Notes under the pieces: generated by a model
Database searches by the model: none
What the model was told of the DNA's origin: nothing
What the model saw: the letters and a program-made list of their open reading frames with translations, nothing else
Shown: positions 63,394 through 64,000 of the stretch, one piece after another
Layout of the letters: each line of letters begins with the position of its first letter
Numbering within the stretch: the stretch's first letter is position 1
Source: an uncultured Spirochaetaceae bacterium
GTDB taxonomy: Bacteria; Spirochaetota; Spirochaetia; Treponematales; Treponemataceae
Reading direction: 5' to 3'
Assembly: GCA_902766125.1 (NCBI GenBank)
Contig: CACXCG010000039.1
Coordinates: 5,674-69,673 of the forward strand
Length of the DNA stretch: 64,000 bases
Program-made: the position numbers and the translations under genes

Positions 63394-64000
63394 TTAGTCT
63401 GCGCCCTTAGAAAGAGCTTTGAGCGGTGTAATTTTGAGTGCAGAACTTACGGGATAGAGATTGCTTAAGAATCCGCCTATAGCCGTAATGATGATGGTAG
63501 CAATAATAATACCTGGTGTGATTATAAATCTAAGCTGACCGCCACCCAAAATAATTTTTGCAATGCTGTTAGTTATGGTTATGTTGAATGCGTTGAAAAT
63601 AACAGCCGCTATTGCTGCAATAACCGTTCCTATAAATGCTGAACCTATAGTCATAAGCAGTGCCTCTGTAAAGAACAACTTGCGCACAAAAGATTTTTCA
63701 GCCCCTAGTGCACGCATAGTTCCTATTTCTGATGTTCGTTCGATAACAGAAACAGTCATTGTGTTCATAATGATAATGAATACAACTACTGCAAGAATAA
63801 TGACTAAAATGTTAAAGAGAATTCCAATTCCTTCTACCGAACTGGTGTAGGAAATTGCTCCATTTTCCCAGTTCATTGCAACTGCATTTATGCCTTCTTC
63901 TTCAAACCATGCATTGTATTCTGCAACAATTTTGTCTGCTTCGGACGGGTGTTGCACTTTTCCAAGAATAAAGTGCCAAGCTCCCTCGTCTGTTTTGTTC
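63394..64000 (-). CDS. Second FtsX/MacB/LolC-type ABC permease. The 5' end lies beyond the right edge.
   Basis: SEIGTMRALGAEKSF...ALKITPLKALSKG. I translated the frame upstream of the ORF-track GTG (63957) and it stays open to base 64000. Confidence 0.8.
   Translation of the reverse strand, partial: NKTDEGAWHFILGKVQHPSEADKIVAEYNAWFEEEGINAVAMNWENGAISYTSSVEGIGILFNILVIILAVVVFIIIMNTMTVSVIERTSEIGTMRALGAEKSFVRKLFFTEALLMTIGSAFIGTVIAAIAAVIFNAFNITITNSIAKIILGGGQLRFIITPGIIIATIIITAIGGFLSNLYPVSSALKITPLKALSKGAD

Noticed and set aside
1-64000. CRISPR arrays, IS elements or transposases, integrases, prophage genes, restriction-modification or other recognisable defence systems
   Set aside because: No periodic direct repeats with spacers, no terminal inverted repeats flanking a transposase-like ORF, and no phage or defence signature motifs were seen in any frame. 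The only mobile-type module is the VapBC pair.

Overview
This 64-kb window looks like a chromosomal segment of a spirochete, most likely a Treponema-like organism. That assignment is inference from a class I lysyl-tRNA synthetase, a PnrA/TmpC-type BMP nucleoside ABC operon, relaxed lipoboxes, a Maf-type glycosyltransferase and an HD-GYP protein. No database search was possible, so every product call rests on motifs read by eye in the supplied translations. Coding density is high: about 52 CDS, one tRNA-Leu(GAG), and a decayed tandem copy of that tRNA. I saw no rRNA, CRISPR array, IS element, integrase or prophage.

Most genes are housekeeping: murA, pepT, rsgA, lysS (class I), glyQS, aroC, dapA-asd, der, ptsI, rlmB, lepB, a PBP, a D-Ala-D-Ala carboxypeptidase and an M23 peptidase.

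The regions worth a second look are:
- 59854 to the right edge: a translationally linked operon of two FtsX/MacB-type permeases, a LolA-like 'lipoprotein-sorting' protein and a predicted outer-membrane beta-barrel. It converges on a 1899-aa, four-module parallel-beta-helix lipoprotein at 54069-59768. I propose this as a candidate, uncharacterised envelope-spanning export or lipoprotein-surface-localisation system.
- 35962-38637: a 7TMR-DISM, kinase-like, receiver-like, LuxR-HTH single polypeptide in which every phosphorelay residue appears substituted.
- 38676-38878: next to that gene, an intergenic region with a thrice-repeated ATGGTATT motif and an orphan intrinsic terminator (possible sRNA).
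- 20407-20448: a tandem palindromic operator pair between a MarR gene and the nucleoside ABC operon.
- 7944-8000: twin TAGTACTA palindromes at the promoter of a PadR/DUF1700/DUF4097 module.
- Window-wide: -10 hexamers sit 6-9 nt upstream of the ATG with no Shine-Dalgarno at about 12 operon-first genes, which suggests leaderless translation.
- 43003-44853: a small accessory islet carrying VapBC and an internally duplicated secreted protein.
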